Position numbers and translations under genes: made by a program. From positions 224,001-288,000 of the forward strand of contig CAWDRG010000009.1 of NCBI GenBank assembly GCA_963804645.1: a stretch of DNA of 64,000 nt, read 5' to 3'. The notes beneath the pieces were generated by a model that had not been told where the DNA came from, did no database searches, and saw only the letters and a list, made by a program, of their open reading frames with translations. Shown piece by piece: positions 18,152 to 28,085 of this stretch (positions within the stretch are counted from its first letter, which is position 1; the number at the start of each line of letters is the position of its first letter). Origin of the DNA: an uncultured Bacillota bacterium (GTDB lineage: Bacteria; Sysuimicrobiota; Sysuimicrobiia; Sysuimicrobiales; Segetimicrobiaceae).

Positions 18152-19776
18152 GGCTGCGCCGCCTGCCGCAGCAGCCGCACGCCGCGCCGGAGCAGCGCGG
18201 CGGCGTGCACCGCTTCGATGACCACCCGCACCGAGGTGATGCACGACCGAGCGAGGCTGAGGGCGAGCCGCGGCTCAAACGCCGCGTCGGCGCGCTCCGT
18301 GGCGAACTCCCGCGCAAACTCCTCGACCATTTGGTTGACGCGGGCGATGTCGTCGCGAAGCGTCGCCGACAGGTCCGGGCGACGGACCATCGACAGCAGA
18401 AACACGCTGACGTCCTGCAGGTAGTCGCCCAGGCGCGAGCGGTGCACGTCGATGAACTTCACCTGTCCGGTGCGGTCGTTGTACAGCACGTTGTTGGCGT
18501 TAAAGTCGCCGTGCAGCCAGACCGAGCACGGCGGCGCGAGCGACGGCTCCAACGTTTCCGCGTGCGCGAGCAGGTCGTCGAGCCGCACCACGGCGCCGTC
18601 CACGGAGGTGCCGGCTTCCGCCTCGGCCCGCAGCTCCGGGTGCAGCGCGAACACCTCCGGAAGGCGGCGCCGGATCTGCGCCACGTAGTCGACGGCGGGC
18701 GGCGTGGGCACGAGCGTGATCTGCCATACCTGCCGGACCGCGTCCAGCACCCGCTGCGTCGCCGCGAGCTTCGCGTCTCGCGAGGCATCCGAGAGGTACA
18801 GCTCGGAAAGCAGCGTGCTGTCAACGAACTCGCGCAGCAGCGCCTGCCGGTCCTTGACCGTGACCGAGCCGAGGACGCGCGGTGTGAGATCCCCGGGGAT
18901 GCGCTCCCACACCTTGAGCTTCTCGGTCTCCTCTTGAATCTTGCGCCGCGACCCCTCTTTGTACAGCACGGTGCCGTGCCGACCGGCGACGCGCGCCACG
19001 ACGGCGCCGCTGATCCCGTCCCAATACGGGCGAAACTCCAGCCCGCCCCCGGCGGCCTCCGGCATGAGCAGCCCGAGCTGCTGGTACTGCGAAAACTTGA
19101 GCCGCCGGCCGGTCATCAGGAAGATCGCCTGCTCTCCTACGTTGAGCACATAGTCCGCGACTTTCTCGAGGTATTTCATCACCGCGAGGGTGTGGAGGAG
19201 GTACGGCACCTCGGCCGGCGATGCCTGCATCTGCCGGCGCGCCTCGGTGAGGCACGCGACGTAGTGCGTGTCGAACTCCGACTCCCGCAGGCAGGCCCGC
19301 CGGGCCTGCTCCAGATCCCGCCGGACGACCGCGTCGATCACCTCCGAGACCGCCGTCAGCGCACAGGTCTCGAGCGGCTCGAACGTGAAGTTCCCCGGGG
19401 CGATCCCCTCGCGCACGAGCAGCCGCACGCGCTTCGCGATGTGGGTGCCGGCGTCGCCGATCCGCTCGAGATTCAGCGCGATCTTCACGGTGGCCCGCAC
19501 GGTGCGGAGCCCGTCCTCGGACAGGCCCCCGGTCGCGGCAAGCGCGAAGCACCGCTCCTCGAGCTCGAGGTTGAGGTTGTCGACGGCGTCGTCCCGTTCG
19601 ATGATCTCTTCGGCGAGGGTCAGGTCGCGGGTGTGGTAGCAGCGCAGCGCTCGCTCGAGCTGGTCGACGACAAGCCGACCGAGCTTCGTCACTTCACTTT
19701 GCAGCCCGCTGAGCAGCGTGTCGCTGGCCAAGGATGGCGTTCCCGATTCGACGTCCGCCGGGATCGCGCGGCGCAT
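18148..19776 (-). CDS. PhoU-domain / APH-like phosphotransferase fusion (GAK system)
   Basis: Two N-terminal PhoU repeats (DDAVDNLNLELEE, LERIGD, LEKVADYVLN). C-terminal kinase-fold motifs HGDFNANN and FID. Confidence 0.88.
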   Translation of the reverse strand: MRRAIPADVESGTPSLASDTLLSGLQSEVTKLGRLVVDQLERALRCYHTRDLTLAEEIIERDDAVDNLNLELEERCFALAATGGLSEDGLRTVRATVKIALNLERIGDAGTHIAKRVRLLVREGIAPGNFTFEPLETCALTAVSEVIDAVVRRDLEQARRACLRESEFDTHYVACLTEARRQMQASPAEVPYLLHTLAVMKYLEKVADYVLNVGEQAIFLMTGRRLKFSQYQQLGLLMPEAAGGGLEFRPYWDGISGAVVARVAGRHGTVLYKEGSRRKIQEETEKLKVWERIPGDLTPRVLGSVTVKDRQALLREFVDSTLLSELYLSDASRDAKLAATQRVLDAVRQVWQITLVPTPPAVDYVAQIRRRLPEVFALHPELRAEAEAGTSVDGAVVRLDDLLAHAETLEPSLAPPCSVWLHGDFNANNVLYNDRTGQVKFIDVHRSRLGDYLQDVSVFLLSMVRRPDLSATLRDDIARVNQMVEEFAREFATERADAAFEPRLALSLARSCITSVRVVIEAVHAAALLRRGVRLLRQAAQP

Positions 19777-19818
19777 TCCGCGACCCCGGCGGCGGTAGGA
19801 GGATTGGAAAAAGTAGGC

Positions 19819-20139
19819 TTAGTCTCGCGTGCCCGCCCGCACGTGACGATCTTCCATTTCGCGCGGATCGACGGTGATCTCCAACGTCTCCGCCGCCGCC
19901 GCGTACTCGGGTGTCCATGACAGCTCCACCGCGAGGTGTCCCGCCGCCTTGTCCCTCTTCCCCTCGGCCTGGATCTCCACCGCCAACATCGCGGTCGGCG
20001 TCAGCTGGAGCGTCTCGCCGCCGGCCGACAGCCTGACGACGCCGCGGCGCAGCCCGTCCGCGATACGCACAAGACACTCGGCCGCCTGCGTCGCTTCGAG
20101 CGTGGCCGAGAACGCGAACTTGCGGGTGCGCTTACCCAT
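19819..20139 (-). CDS. Amphi-Trp domain protein
   Basis: AAECLVRIADGLRRGVVRL...LAVEIQAE...LAVELSW pattern. SD AAGGAGG. Confidence 0.8.
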   Translation of the reverse strand: MGKRTRKFAFSATLEATQAAECLVRIADGLRRGVVRLSAGGETLQLTPTAMLAVEIQAEGKRDKAAGHLAVELSWTPEYAAAAETLEITVDPREMEDRHVRAGTRD

Positions 20140-20178
20140 CGTCAAGCCTCCTTGGCTGTGCGAGCGGCGCGGCCGCCG

Positions 20179-20445
20179 TCAGGGCACGGTCGTCACGCTC
20201 AGCGGCAGACGCCAGCGCAGGTCGATCTGCATCGACCCTTCTTCGCTGCCTTCCTTCGCGCGGATCTCCAGTTGGATCACCTGACCGATGTGGTAGGCGT
20301 ACCGCCGGCCGCTCGACCGGATGACCAGCGTCCCGTGCATCAGGCCGAGCGAGAGCTGGTTCATCAACTCGGCCGCGTCGGTGTTCGGCAGCGACGTGGC
20401 CACCTTCAGCGGTTCTTGTACGCGCTCGCGAATCTTCGAGCTCAC
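20179..20445 (-). CDS. Second, divergent amphi-Trp domain protein
   Basis: GTG coupled to the PHP stop (GTGA). AAELMNQLSLGLMHGTLVI...LEIRAKE...MQIDLRW. Confidence 0.7.
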   Translation of the reverse strand: MSSKIRERVQEPLKVATSLPNTDAAELMNQLSLGLMHGTLVIRSSGRRYAYHIGQVIQLEIRAKEGSEEGSMQIDLRWRLPLSVTTVP

Positions 20446-21254
20446 TGCGCACGCCCCGCCATTTCGGACACCGGTACCTCCGTGACCGGGAGATCGCGAT
20501 AGGCGGCGCGGGCCGCTCTCGCCTTGGCGATGCGCTTGTACGCCCCGCTGATCTGCACCGCGATCGGTCCGTAACTCTGGCTCTCGACCGCGGCGCGGCC
20601 CGTACGGATCTCCGAAGCCACTGAAGTCTGCGTGAGCTCGTCGACCGCCAGCACCGTCGCCTTGATGCCGACCTGCGCCCAGAAATGGGCGTCGCTTCCA
20701 CCCACGACGGGCACGCGCAGCTTCGCGGCCACCGTCCGCACCCGATCGTCCGACACAAAATCCTTGCCGTTCAGTTCCAGCGCGTCGAGCGCGCCGAGCT
20801 TGTCTTTGCCCACCTTCGCCAGCTCCTTGCCGGGCCGGACCATGTGCGCGCCGATCACGAACGCCCCGACCGCGTGGGCCACCGCGACCGCCTCGGCAAA
20901 CGGAGGCCGGTACCCGTGCGTGGCAGGCTTCGTCAGCGCCCCGTCCAGTTCCCGTAACTGGCCGACGGTCGCCAACACGATCAGGTCGCATCCCTGTGCG
21001 ATGCTCAGCTCCGCGCCCGACAGAAGCCGGAATCCATCCAGCCCCTCGTACGCCCCCGCCGCCTCACTGTATCGAAACTCGCGCCCCAAGCAGTCGTGGA
21101 TTTCCCAATACTGCACCGCGTGCATATGCTCGACGAGTGCCAACCCGTCCAGCCCGAGGCGCCGCGCTTGGGCAACGAACTGGTGTACCGTTCTGATTGC
21201 GAAGGGGAACGTCTTCGAGAGCTTAGCGTGGGTGTGCAGGTCGATGCGCTTCAC
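20442..21254 (-). CDS. PHP-family metallophosphoesterase
   Basis: IDLHTH, VEH, GAELS, GAH, ELNGK and GGSDAH metal-binding motifs. GTG 21254 with SD GAGGAG. Confidence 0.88.
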   Translation of the reverse strand: MKRIDLHTHAKLSKTFPFAIRTVHQFVAQARRLGLDGLALVEHMHAVQYWEIHDCLGREFRYSEAAGAYEGLDGFRLLSGAELSIAQGCDLIVLATVGQLRELDGALTKPATHGYRPPFAEAVAVAHAVGAFVIGAHMVRPGKELAKVGKDKLGALDALELNGKDFVSDDRVRTVAAKLRVPVVGGSDAHFWAQVGIKATVLAVDELTQTSVASEIRTGRAAVESQSYGPIAVQISGAYKRIAKARAARAAYRDLPVTEVPVSEMAGRAQ

Positions 21255-21383
21255 GGCCTCGTCTCCTCGATGTCGGCTGCGAATATGCGGCAACTGTTGG
21301 CAGACCCGGACGGGTTTCCAACCCGCCAGGGCCGTTCAAGTGTTCGCCACGAACGTACCAGCCCACCTTCATCTCTCAATAAC

Positions 21384-21459
21384 ACTCTAGGCGCTGGTAC
21401 TTAAACAAAAGTGAAGACTTTCGTAATGGGAGGCAAAGATAACGTTAATACACGGTTAA
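21384..21459 (-). promoter_or_regulatory. Pho-box-type promoter of the GAK operon
   Basis: Minus strand: TTAAC, TTAAC, TTTGC, TTACG, TTCAC, TTAAG, each 11 bp apart (21459 to 21400), then 10 nt, then -10 TAGAGT (21389-21384). Confidence 0.8.
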
Positions 21460-21647
21460 GGGCATTCCGAAGAAGAACCTTCCGCGGCGGGTCTCGGGGA
21501 CCCCGGGCGTCCACAAGTCATCCGGGGATGCCGATCGCGGCGACCCCGGATGACTCGTGCCGGGAAGCGGGGCTCCGAGCGGAGGCGCGTCCTTACAGCG
21601 ACGCCGATCTTGCCGCCGACCGCTGGGATTCCGCTGGCGATCTCCCC

Positions 21648-22884
21648 CTATTTCTTCGCGAGCAGCGTATCGATCTGCTGTGCCATCGCATCCGCCGCCT
21701 GCTGGGGCGACAGCTCACCGACCAGAATCTTCTGCCCGTTCGTGATGATCACGGTCTGGATGCCGGCCCAGTCTCCGACGGTCGGCAGTGCTCTTCGCGT
21801 CCTTCAGCGCCTGACCGAAGATGGCGTACTCCGGGTTGTTCCACGGCGGCGCCTTGTACACGGACAACCGGGCCGGGGTGCGGTTCATGATCTTCCCCAT
21901 GTTCTCCGGCCTGGCGAGCCACTGGAGAAACACGCGAGCCGCGGCCACGTTCTGCGCGCCGACCGGCACGCCCATCGCCCAGCCTCCGGAGACGTTGACC
22001 TTGTCGGGGGAGAGCACCATCCCCCACCTGAGGTCCTTGTGCTGCGAGAACTCGTCGAACGCGGTCGACGTGCTCGTGAGCATCCCGACCTTGTTCGCCT
22101 CAAACAGGGGGATGACGTCCCGGGTCGTCGTGAAGTTCGGGGTGCCGTCCGGCACGACGTGGTACTTCGTGTAGAGGTCTGACCAGAACGTCAGGCCCGC
22201 GACGCTCTTTGGGGAGTTGATCGTCGCTTTGGTGCCGTCCGCACTGAGGAAATCCCCGCCGTTCGCCCAGATCATCGCGGCGAGGAGGCCCATGACGTTG
22301 GACGGGTCGCTCAGGTCCGCGGCGATCCCGATCCCGAACTGCCCCGGAATCGTCAGCTTGCGCGCGATCTGCAGCATCTCGGGGTACGTCCAGTTGTCGG
22401 TGGGATACGGCACCCCCGCCTTGTCGAAGACGGTCTTGTTGTAGTAGAAGACGTAGGACGCCGCCCGGTTCGGGATCGCGTACTGGTGACCGTTGTAGCG
22501 GCTGGAGGCCCACACCCCCGGGGAGTAGTCCTTGACGTCCAGCGTCTTCGCGACGTCGTCGAGCGGCTGCAGGAGGCCCTTGGCGGAGACCGTCGACGCC
22601 CACGAGACGTCGAGGTCGATCACGTCCGGCGGGGTGCCGCCGAGCGCGGACGCGCTGAACTTGTCGAGGTATCCGTTGATCGGCAGCGGTTCGATCTTGA
22701 GCGTGATCCCCGGATAATCTTTCGCCCACAGCTGCATGGCGATCGGGACCTGCGTGTCCCACCAGCTCCCGACCCACACGGTCACCGTCCCGCCCGCCGT
22801 GGCGGCGAACGTCGACACGTTCATGGTGAGCACTCCCACCAGCGCGAGCAGCAGGGCAATACGACGCAGCGGTGCGGTGCGCAT
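21648..22884 (-). CDS. Carbohydrate-type ABC substrate-binding protein, frameshift near 21790
   Basis: Signal peptide, GTPPDV, YAIP and YYNKTVFDKAGV motifs. The expected C-terminus (LPTVGDWAGIQ...LSPQQAADAMAQQIDTLLAKK*) is in another frame ending at 21648. Confidence 0.85.
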
Positions 22885-23170
22885 ACGCGGTCTCCTCTCG
22901 AATCAGCGCCGGACGGTCGCCGCGCGGACGGCGTGCCTCCGCGTCGCGGCGTGCGGCAGCGGTCCAGTGTTGTTCGAGTTCCGGGGTCCCGTGTCCTATC
23001 GACGCGCGCAGACGCCCCGCGCACCCCGTCGGCGTCCCGCATCGCCGAAGGGCCCGGCCCCGCCACACGCGAAATGGCCTACGGCCAGCGCGCCGCCGCC
23101 GCGCGGGCCCTGGGCACCCGGGTTCGTGCGCAGGCCGGACTCAGCGGACGACTCTTGCGCCACGGAGGGA

Positions 23171-24112
23171 ATGGATGACAGTAGTGCAGACGCCGCGCGA
23201 CCCCGGGAGGTCCCCGTGACTCCCAGCCCCGTGTCGGGATGCGACACCGCCGTAAACATGAGCTTCGTGCAGCTCGGGGCGTTCAAGATCGTGGTGCTCG
23301 GGATCGTGCAGGGCATCACGGAGCTGCTGCCGATCAGCAGCACCGCCCATCTCCGCATCATCCCGGCGCTGCTCCACTGGCCCGATCCGGGCGCCGCGTT
23401 TTCCGCCGCGATGCAGCTCGCGAGCCTCGCGGCGGTCGTCGCGTTCTTCGAGCGGGACATCGTCATGATCACGCGGCAGTCGCTGACGGCCCTGCGCACC
23501 GGCGACACCCGCGACCACTCGTTCCGGATGGCCGTGGGGTTCGTGCTCGCGACGATCCCGATCGGCATCGCAGGGCTGGCGCTGCGCCGCGTGCTCAACG
23601 CGTGCGACTCGCCGCTGCGCAGCATCGCCGTGATCGGGTGGGCCTGCATCGTGATGGGCGCGCTGCTCGCCCTCGCCGAGATCTACGGGCAGCACGGACG
23701 CGGGGGCAAGCGCCGCTGGGACGAGCTCACGATTCGGGACTGCCTGTACGTGGGCGTCGCGCAGGCGTTTTCGCTGGTGCCCGGCGTGTCCCGGTCCGGG
23801 TCGACGCTGACTGCCGCGCTGGGGCTCGACATCGAGCGCGCCACGGCCGCCCGGTTCTCATTCCTGCTCGGCGTGCCGGCGATCGTGCTGGCCGGGCTGT
23901 TCGAGCTGTGGATCCTCCATAAGGCCGGTCTGACCGCCCACGGATGGGAGCTGCTCGCGATCGGCCTCATCGCCGGGAGCGCCGCGTCGTACCTGGCGAT
24001 CCGGTGGCTGCTGCGCTACCTCGAGCACCACACCGCGTGGGTCTTCGCATGGTACCGGGTCGCGCTCGGGGTGGTGCTCCTGCTGGGCGCCGGCGCCGGG
24101 TGGTTGCGGTAG
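23171..24112 (+). CDS. uppP: Undecaprenyl-diphosphatase BacA/UppP (alternative start 23258)
   Basis: LGIVQGITELLPISSTAH, PGVSRSGST and AARFSFLL signatures. Confidence 0.93.
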   Translation: MDDSSADAARPREVPVTPSPVSGCDTAVNMSFVQLGAFKIVVLGIVQGITELLPISSTAHLRIIPALLHWPDPGAAFSAAMQLASLAAVVAFFERDIVMITRQSLTALRTGDTRDHSFRMAVGFVLATIPIGIAGLALRRVLNACDSPLRSIAVIGWACIVMGALLALAEIYGQHGRGGKRRWDELTIRDCLYVGVAQAFSLVPGVSRSGSTLTAALGLDIERATAARFSFLLGVPAIVLAGLFELWILHKAGLTAHGWELLAIGLIAGSAASYLAIRWLLRYLEHHTAWVFAWYRVALGVVLLLGAGAGWLR

Positions 24113-24279
24113 CCTCGGGAGATCCCGCTGAGTCGTGAGCGCGCGCTGCTCCGCGCGCATCATCCGAACAGCCGCGCGAGGCACACGCGCAGAAGCATGC
24201 GAGTCCGGGGAACGCCGCGGGGCCGGACGGGACAGTATCCGTGCGGGCGAGGTGCGCGGCCCGACGTGCCGGACCGTGC

Positions 24280-24939
24280 CTAGACGTTCAGTTCCTTGAG
24301 CGTGCCGGTCACCATGTAGATGACGCGCTCGGCGATGTTGGTCGCGTGGTCGCCCATGCGCTCCACCGCCTGCGCCGCCATCAACAGATGAGTCGCGCGC
24401 TCAATGCTCCTGGGATCCTCGATCATGTAGGTCAGCAACTCGCGGAACACCTGGCTGTAGAGGTGATCGACGTCGTCGTCCCGGGCCGCCATCCGCGCGG
24501 CCAGCCCAACGTCGTGGCGCACAAACGCATCGAGGCCGTCCCGCAGCATCTCGCGGACGATCTCTGACATCCGCGGGATGTCAATCAGCGGCTTGAGCAG
24601 CGGCTCAGAGGCGATGCGCAGCACCATGCGGGCGATGTCCTCGGAGTGGTCCGCGATGCGCTCCAGGTCGATCGTCATCGCCCAGATCGAGGCGATCGTC
24701 CGGAGGTCCTTCGCCATCGGCTGCTGGGTCGCCATCAGGCGCACGCACCGTTCCTCGAGCTCGAGGTGCAGGGCGTCGATGACGTTGTCGGAGGCGACGA
24801 TCTCTTGGGCGAGCACCGTGCTGCGCGCCCGCAGCGCGTCGATCGACCGGCGCACCGAGTCCTCGACCAGGGTGCCCATGCGCAGGAGGTCGTCGCTGAG
24901 CTGCCGCAGATCCTGATCAAACGACTCACGCGTCGGCAT
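24280..24939 (-). CDS. phoU: Phosphate signalling complex protein PhoU
   Basis: QQPMAKDLR, DLERIADH, KPLIDIPRM and ERMGDHATNIAE motifs. Lies downstream of pstB. Confidence 0.97.
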   Translation of the reverse strand: MPTRESFDQDLRQLSDDLLRMGTLVEDSVRRSIDALRARSTVLAQEIVASDNVIDALHLELEERCVRLMATQQPMAKDLRTIASIWAMTIDLERIADHSEDIARMVLRIASEPLLKPLIDIPRMSEIVREMLRDGLDAFVRHDVGLAARMAARDDDVDHLYSQVFRELLTYMIEDPRSIERATHLLMAAQAVERMGDHATNIAERVIYMVTGTLKELNV

Positions 24940-25025
24940 ATTAGCCCTCTGTTTTTCGCGCACGGCGCAACAGATCCTGCCCTTGGGCCGCGGAGGACCC
25001 AGACCGCGGGGGCCAGTCGGACCGA

Positions 25026-25856
25026 TCAGCCAAACCGGCCGGTGATGTAGTCCTCGGTGCGCTTGTCCTGCGGACGCGTGAACATCTCGGACGTCGGGCC
25101 CGATTCGACCAACTCGCCCGAGAGCATGAACGCGGTGGTGTCGGAGACACGGGCCGCCTGCTGCATGTTGTGCGTGACGATCACGACCGTCAGGGTTTCC
25201 CGCAGCGTCTTCGCCAGTTCCTCGATCTTCAGCGTCGAGATCGGGTCGAGGGCGGACGCCGGTTCGTCCATCAGCAGAACCTCCGGCTCCACCGCGAGCG
25301 CCCGTGCGATGCACAGCCGCTGCTGCTGCCCGCCGGACAGGCTGGTGCCCGCCTTCCCGAGCGAGTCCTTGACCTCGTTCCACAACGCGGCGCCGATCAG
25401 GCTGCGCTCGACGACCTCGTCGAGCCGCCGGCGGTCGCGAACGCCGGACAGCCGCAGGCCCGACACCACGTTGCCGTAGATCGACATCGTCGGGAACGGG
25501 TTGGGGCGCTGGAACACCATGCCGATCCGGCGCCGCACCGCCACGGGGTCGACGTTCGGCGCGTAAATGTCCTCGCTGTCCAGCATCACCTTGCCGTCGA
25601 CCCGAGCGCCCGGCACGACCTCGTGCATCCGGTTGAGACAGCGAAGAAAGGTGGACTTGCCGCACCCCGACGGGCCGATGATCGCCGTGATCCGGTTCGT
25701 CAGGATGCCGATCGACAGCGCCTTCACGGCGTGGTTCTTGCCGAAGTGGGCGTTTAGGCTCTCGATCTTGAGGCGTATCGTGGAGGTCCCGCCGGCTTCC
25801 GCCGAGGGCGCATACGCCGGAAGGACGCGACTCATGCTTGCTGATTCTACACCCAT
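25026..25856 (-). CDS. pstB: Phosphate ABC transporter ATPase
   Basis: [34 protein letters not shown] and [10 protein letters not shown] motifs. Confidence 0.97.
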   Translation of the reverse strand: MGVESASMSRVLPAYAPSAEAGGTSTIRLKIESLNAHFGKNHAVKALSIGILTNRITAIIGPSGCGKSTFLRCLNRMHEVVPGARVDGKVMLDSEDIYAPNVDPVAVRRRIGMVFQRPNPFPTMSIYGNVVSGLRLSGVRDRRRLDEVVERSLIGAALWNEVKDSLGKAGTSLSGGQQQRLCIARALAVEPEVLLMDEPASALDPISTLKIEELAKTLRETLTVVIVTHNMQQAARVSDTTAFMLSGELVESGPTSEMFTRPQDKRTEDYITGRFG

Positions 25857-25862
25857 CGACCC

Positions 25863-26732
25863 TTACCTCCCCTTAGAGAATCGCTTGTGCGTGGCGACGC
25901 GTGCCGAGACGTTGAGCACGAGTGTCAGCGTCATCAAAAGTAGCGCGGCTCCCCACGCCTGGCGGTGCCAATCGCTATATGGCGCGATCGCATAGTTATA
26001 CAGCTGCACGGTCAGTGAGGCCATCGGCTGATCCAAACGCAGAGACCAGAACTGGTTGTTGAACGCTGTGAACAGGAGCGGCGCCGTCTCGCCTCCGATG
26101 CGGGCAACGGCGAGCATGACGCCTGTGATGACGCCGGCCATCGCACTGGGCAGGGTCACGCGCAGCGTGGTGACCCACCACGGGATGCCGAGCGCGAGCG
26201 AAGCTTCACGCAGTGACTGGGGAACGAGCCGCACCATCTCCTCCGTCGTTCGCATCACGATTGGAATCATCATCAGCCCGAGCGCGATCCCGCCGGCGTA
26301 GCCTGAGAAATGGTGCGTCGGTATGACGATCAGCGTGTACACGAACACGCCGATCACGATGCTCGGGACGCCGTTCAGGACATCCGCGGTAAACCGGATC
26401 CACCACCCGAGCTTGCCGTGGCCCGCGAGCTCGGAGAGAAACAGACCCCCCAGGATCCCAACCGGGATCCCGACACAGGAGCCGAGCACCATCAGGATCA
26501 GGGTGCCGACAAGCGCGTTCGCCATGCCCCCACCGAGCTCACCGGTCGGAGCGGGCGTCTGCGTGAAGAACGCCCAGTTGAGGGAGGTCGCACCCTGCAG
26601 GATGACGTATCCGAGGACGCTCGCCAGGGGTGCGATCGCGATGAGCACCGCGACAAAGCAGAGCGACGTCATCACGACGTCGACGATCCGACGTCGCCGA
26701 ATTTCCGCTGTCGGGAGCGCGATGGTGCTCAT
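25863..26732 (-). CDS. pstA: Phosphate ABC transporter permease
   Basis: GGMANALVGT, GVPSIVIG, LREASLALG and ARIGGETAPLL motifs. Confidence 0.96.
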   Translation of the reverse strand: MSTIALPTAEIRRRRIVDVVMTSLCFVAVLIAIAPLASVLGYVILQGATSLNWAFFTQTPAPTGELGGGMANALVGTLILMVLGSCVGIPVGILGGLFLSELAGHGKLGWWIRFTADVLNGVPSIVIGVFVYTLIVIPTHHFSGYAGGIALGLMMIPIVMRTTEEMVRLVPQSLREASLALGIPWWVTTLRVTLPSAMAGVITGVMLAVARIGGETAPLLFTAFNNQFWSLRLDQPMASLTVQLYNYAIAPYSDWHRQAWGAALLLMTLTLVLNVSARVATHKRFSKGR

Positions 26733-27721
26733 ATCAACCCCACCGGCCGTGCGACATGGGACACGAGCCAGCGCGCGGCCGCGTTCACGATGAGCGACAC
26801 GATGAACAACACCAGGGCCATCTCGATGAGCGAGGACAGGTAGAGATCGGTCGTCGCCTCGGAGAATTCGTTTGCGAGGGCGGCGGCGATTGTGTAGGCG
26901 GGCTGGAACAGGGACGCCGAGATCTGCGGCCGGTTGCCGATCACCATCGTCACGGCCATCGTCTCACCGAACGCGCGCCCGAGGCCGAGGATGATCGCCC
27001 CGATGATCCCGGTCCGTCCGAACGGCAGCACGGCGCGCCGGATCACTTCCCACCGTGTCGCACCGAGCGCGTACATCGCTTCGCGCTGGTCTTGCGGCAC
27101 GGCCCGCAACACGTCGCGCGACACCGACGAAATGATCGGGATCACCATGATCGCCAAGATGATGCCTGCGGCGAGCATGCCGATCCCATATGGCGGCCCG
27201 CTGAACAGCGGCGACCACCCGAACGCGGTTGAGAGCGCCGGCTCGACCGCAAACCGCACCCACGGTGCGAGCACGAAAATGCCCCACAGCCCTAGGATCA
27301 CGCTCGGGACCGCAGCCAAGAGTTCAACCACGAACGACAAGATCACCGACGTACCGGAGATCGAGAGTTCTGCCAGGTAGATGGCCACGCCGAGGCTGAT
27401 CGGGACGCCAATGATCAGCGCGATCGTCGACGAAACGATCGTGCCGTACACGAACGGTAGCGCCCCGAAGATACCATGGACCGGATCCCAGCGCGATGTC
27501 CACAAGAACGCGGGCCCGAACTTCTGAATCGCGATTTGAGAGGCAAGAACGAGATTCAGCGCGATCGCCGCCACGAACACAATGACGACGAGGCCGAACG
27601 CTGTGAGGACCCCCCGAAATAGGCCATCCGCCCAGCGGGCCCTGCCCCGGCGGTCGGCGCTCGCCCGGGGCGGCCCGCCGGTCTGACCCGCCTCCTGCTG
27701 GCGCACCGCTTGATCACCCAC
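26729..27721 (-). CDS. pstC: Phosphate ABC transporter permease
   Basis: WDPV..FGALP, ELLAAVPSVILGLWG and LGRAFGETMAV motifs. Confidence 0.96.
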   Translation of the reverse strand: MGDQAVRQQEAGQTGGPPRASADRRGRARWADGLFRGVLTAFGLVVIVFVAAIALNLVLASQIAIQKFGPAFLWTSRWDPVHGIFGALPFVYGTIVSSTIALIIGVPISLGVAIYLAELSISGTSVILSFVVELLAAVPSVILGLWGIFVLAPWVRFAVEPALSTAFGWSPLFSGPPYGIGMLAAGIILAIMVIPIISSVSRDVLRAVPQDQREAMYALGATRWEVIRRAVLPFGRTGIIGAIILGLGRAFGETMAVTMVIGNRPQISASLFQPAYTIAAALANEFSEATTDLYLSSLIEMALVLFIVSLIVNAAARWLVSHVARPVGLI

Positions 27722-27781
27722 TATCTGACCACTCCCTCGAACGGGGCGCAGCTACCGGGTGGCGCCCTCCCCGCTCATACC

Positions 27782-27846
27782 ACGATACCGGTCGGCGGCG
27801 AATCGCAGGTGACTGAAGTGTTATGCGATTATTAACGCCCCGTTAA
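27782..27846 (-). promoter_or_regulatory. Pho-box-type promoter of pstCAB-phoU
   Basis: Minus strand: TTAAC, TTAAT, ATAAC, GTCAC, TTCGC at 11-bp period (27846 to 27798), then 10 nt, then -10 TATCGT (27787-27782). Confidence 0.8.
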
Positions 27847-27890
27847 AGCAACTCCGAACGGCTCATTTCACCGCTCGTGGAGTATCGTGC

Positions 27891-28034
27891 TCAGATGCCG
27901 ACAAGCCGCACGAAAAGAAACGCCGCCACGACGACGCAGCCCAGCCACAGCGCCACGATCGCCGCAATCCGAAGGTCAACCGGCCAATCTTCCGGCTGTA
28001 AAAACGTCGGATCGTGATCGTCGTCGTCCTGCAT
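27891..28034 (-). CDS. 47-aa single-pass membrane microprotein (not in ORF track)
   Basis: SD GGGAGG before ATG 28034. Translates as MQDDDDHDPTFLQPEDWPVDLRIAAIVALWLGCVVVAAFLFVRLVGI*. Has its own upstream promoter. Confidence 0.7.
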   Translation of the reverse strand: MQDDDDHDPTFLQPEDWPVDLRIAAIVALWLGCVVVAAFLFVRLVGI

Positions 28035-28085
28035 CGGCGCCCTCCCAGCAGCGGCACCCGCGTACCCCGATCCGGCGGTGGGACG

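Noticed and set aside
22884..23258. Pho box or riboswitch upstream of uppP or the sugar SBP
   Set aside because: Only GC-rich hairpins. No phased TTAAC units and no recognisable aptamer consensus.
24940..25665. N-terminal extension making PhoU a 461-aa fusion
   Set aside because: The extension overlaps pstB in another frame. The real start is ATG 24939.
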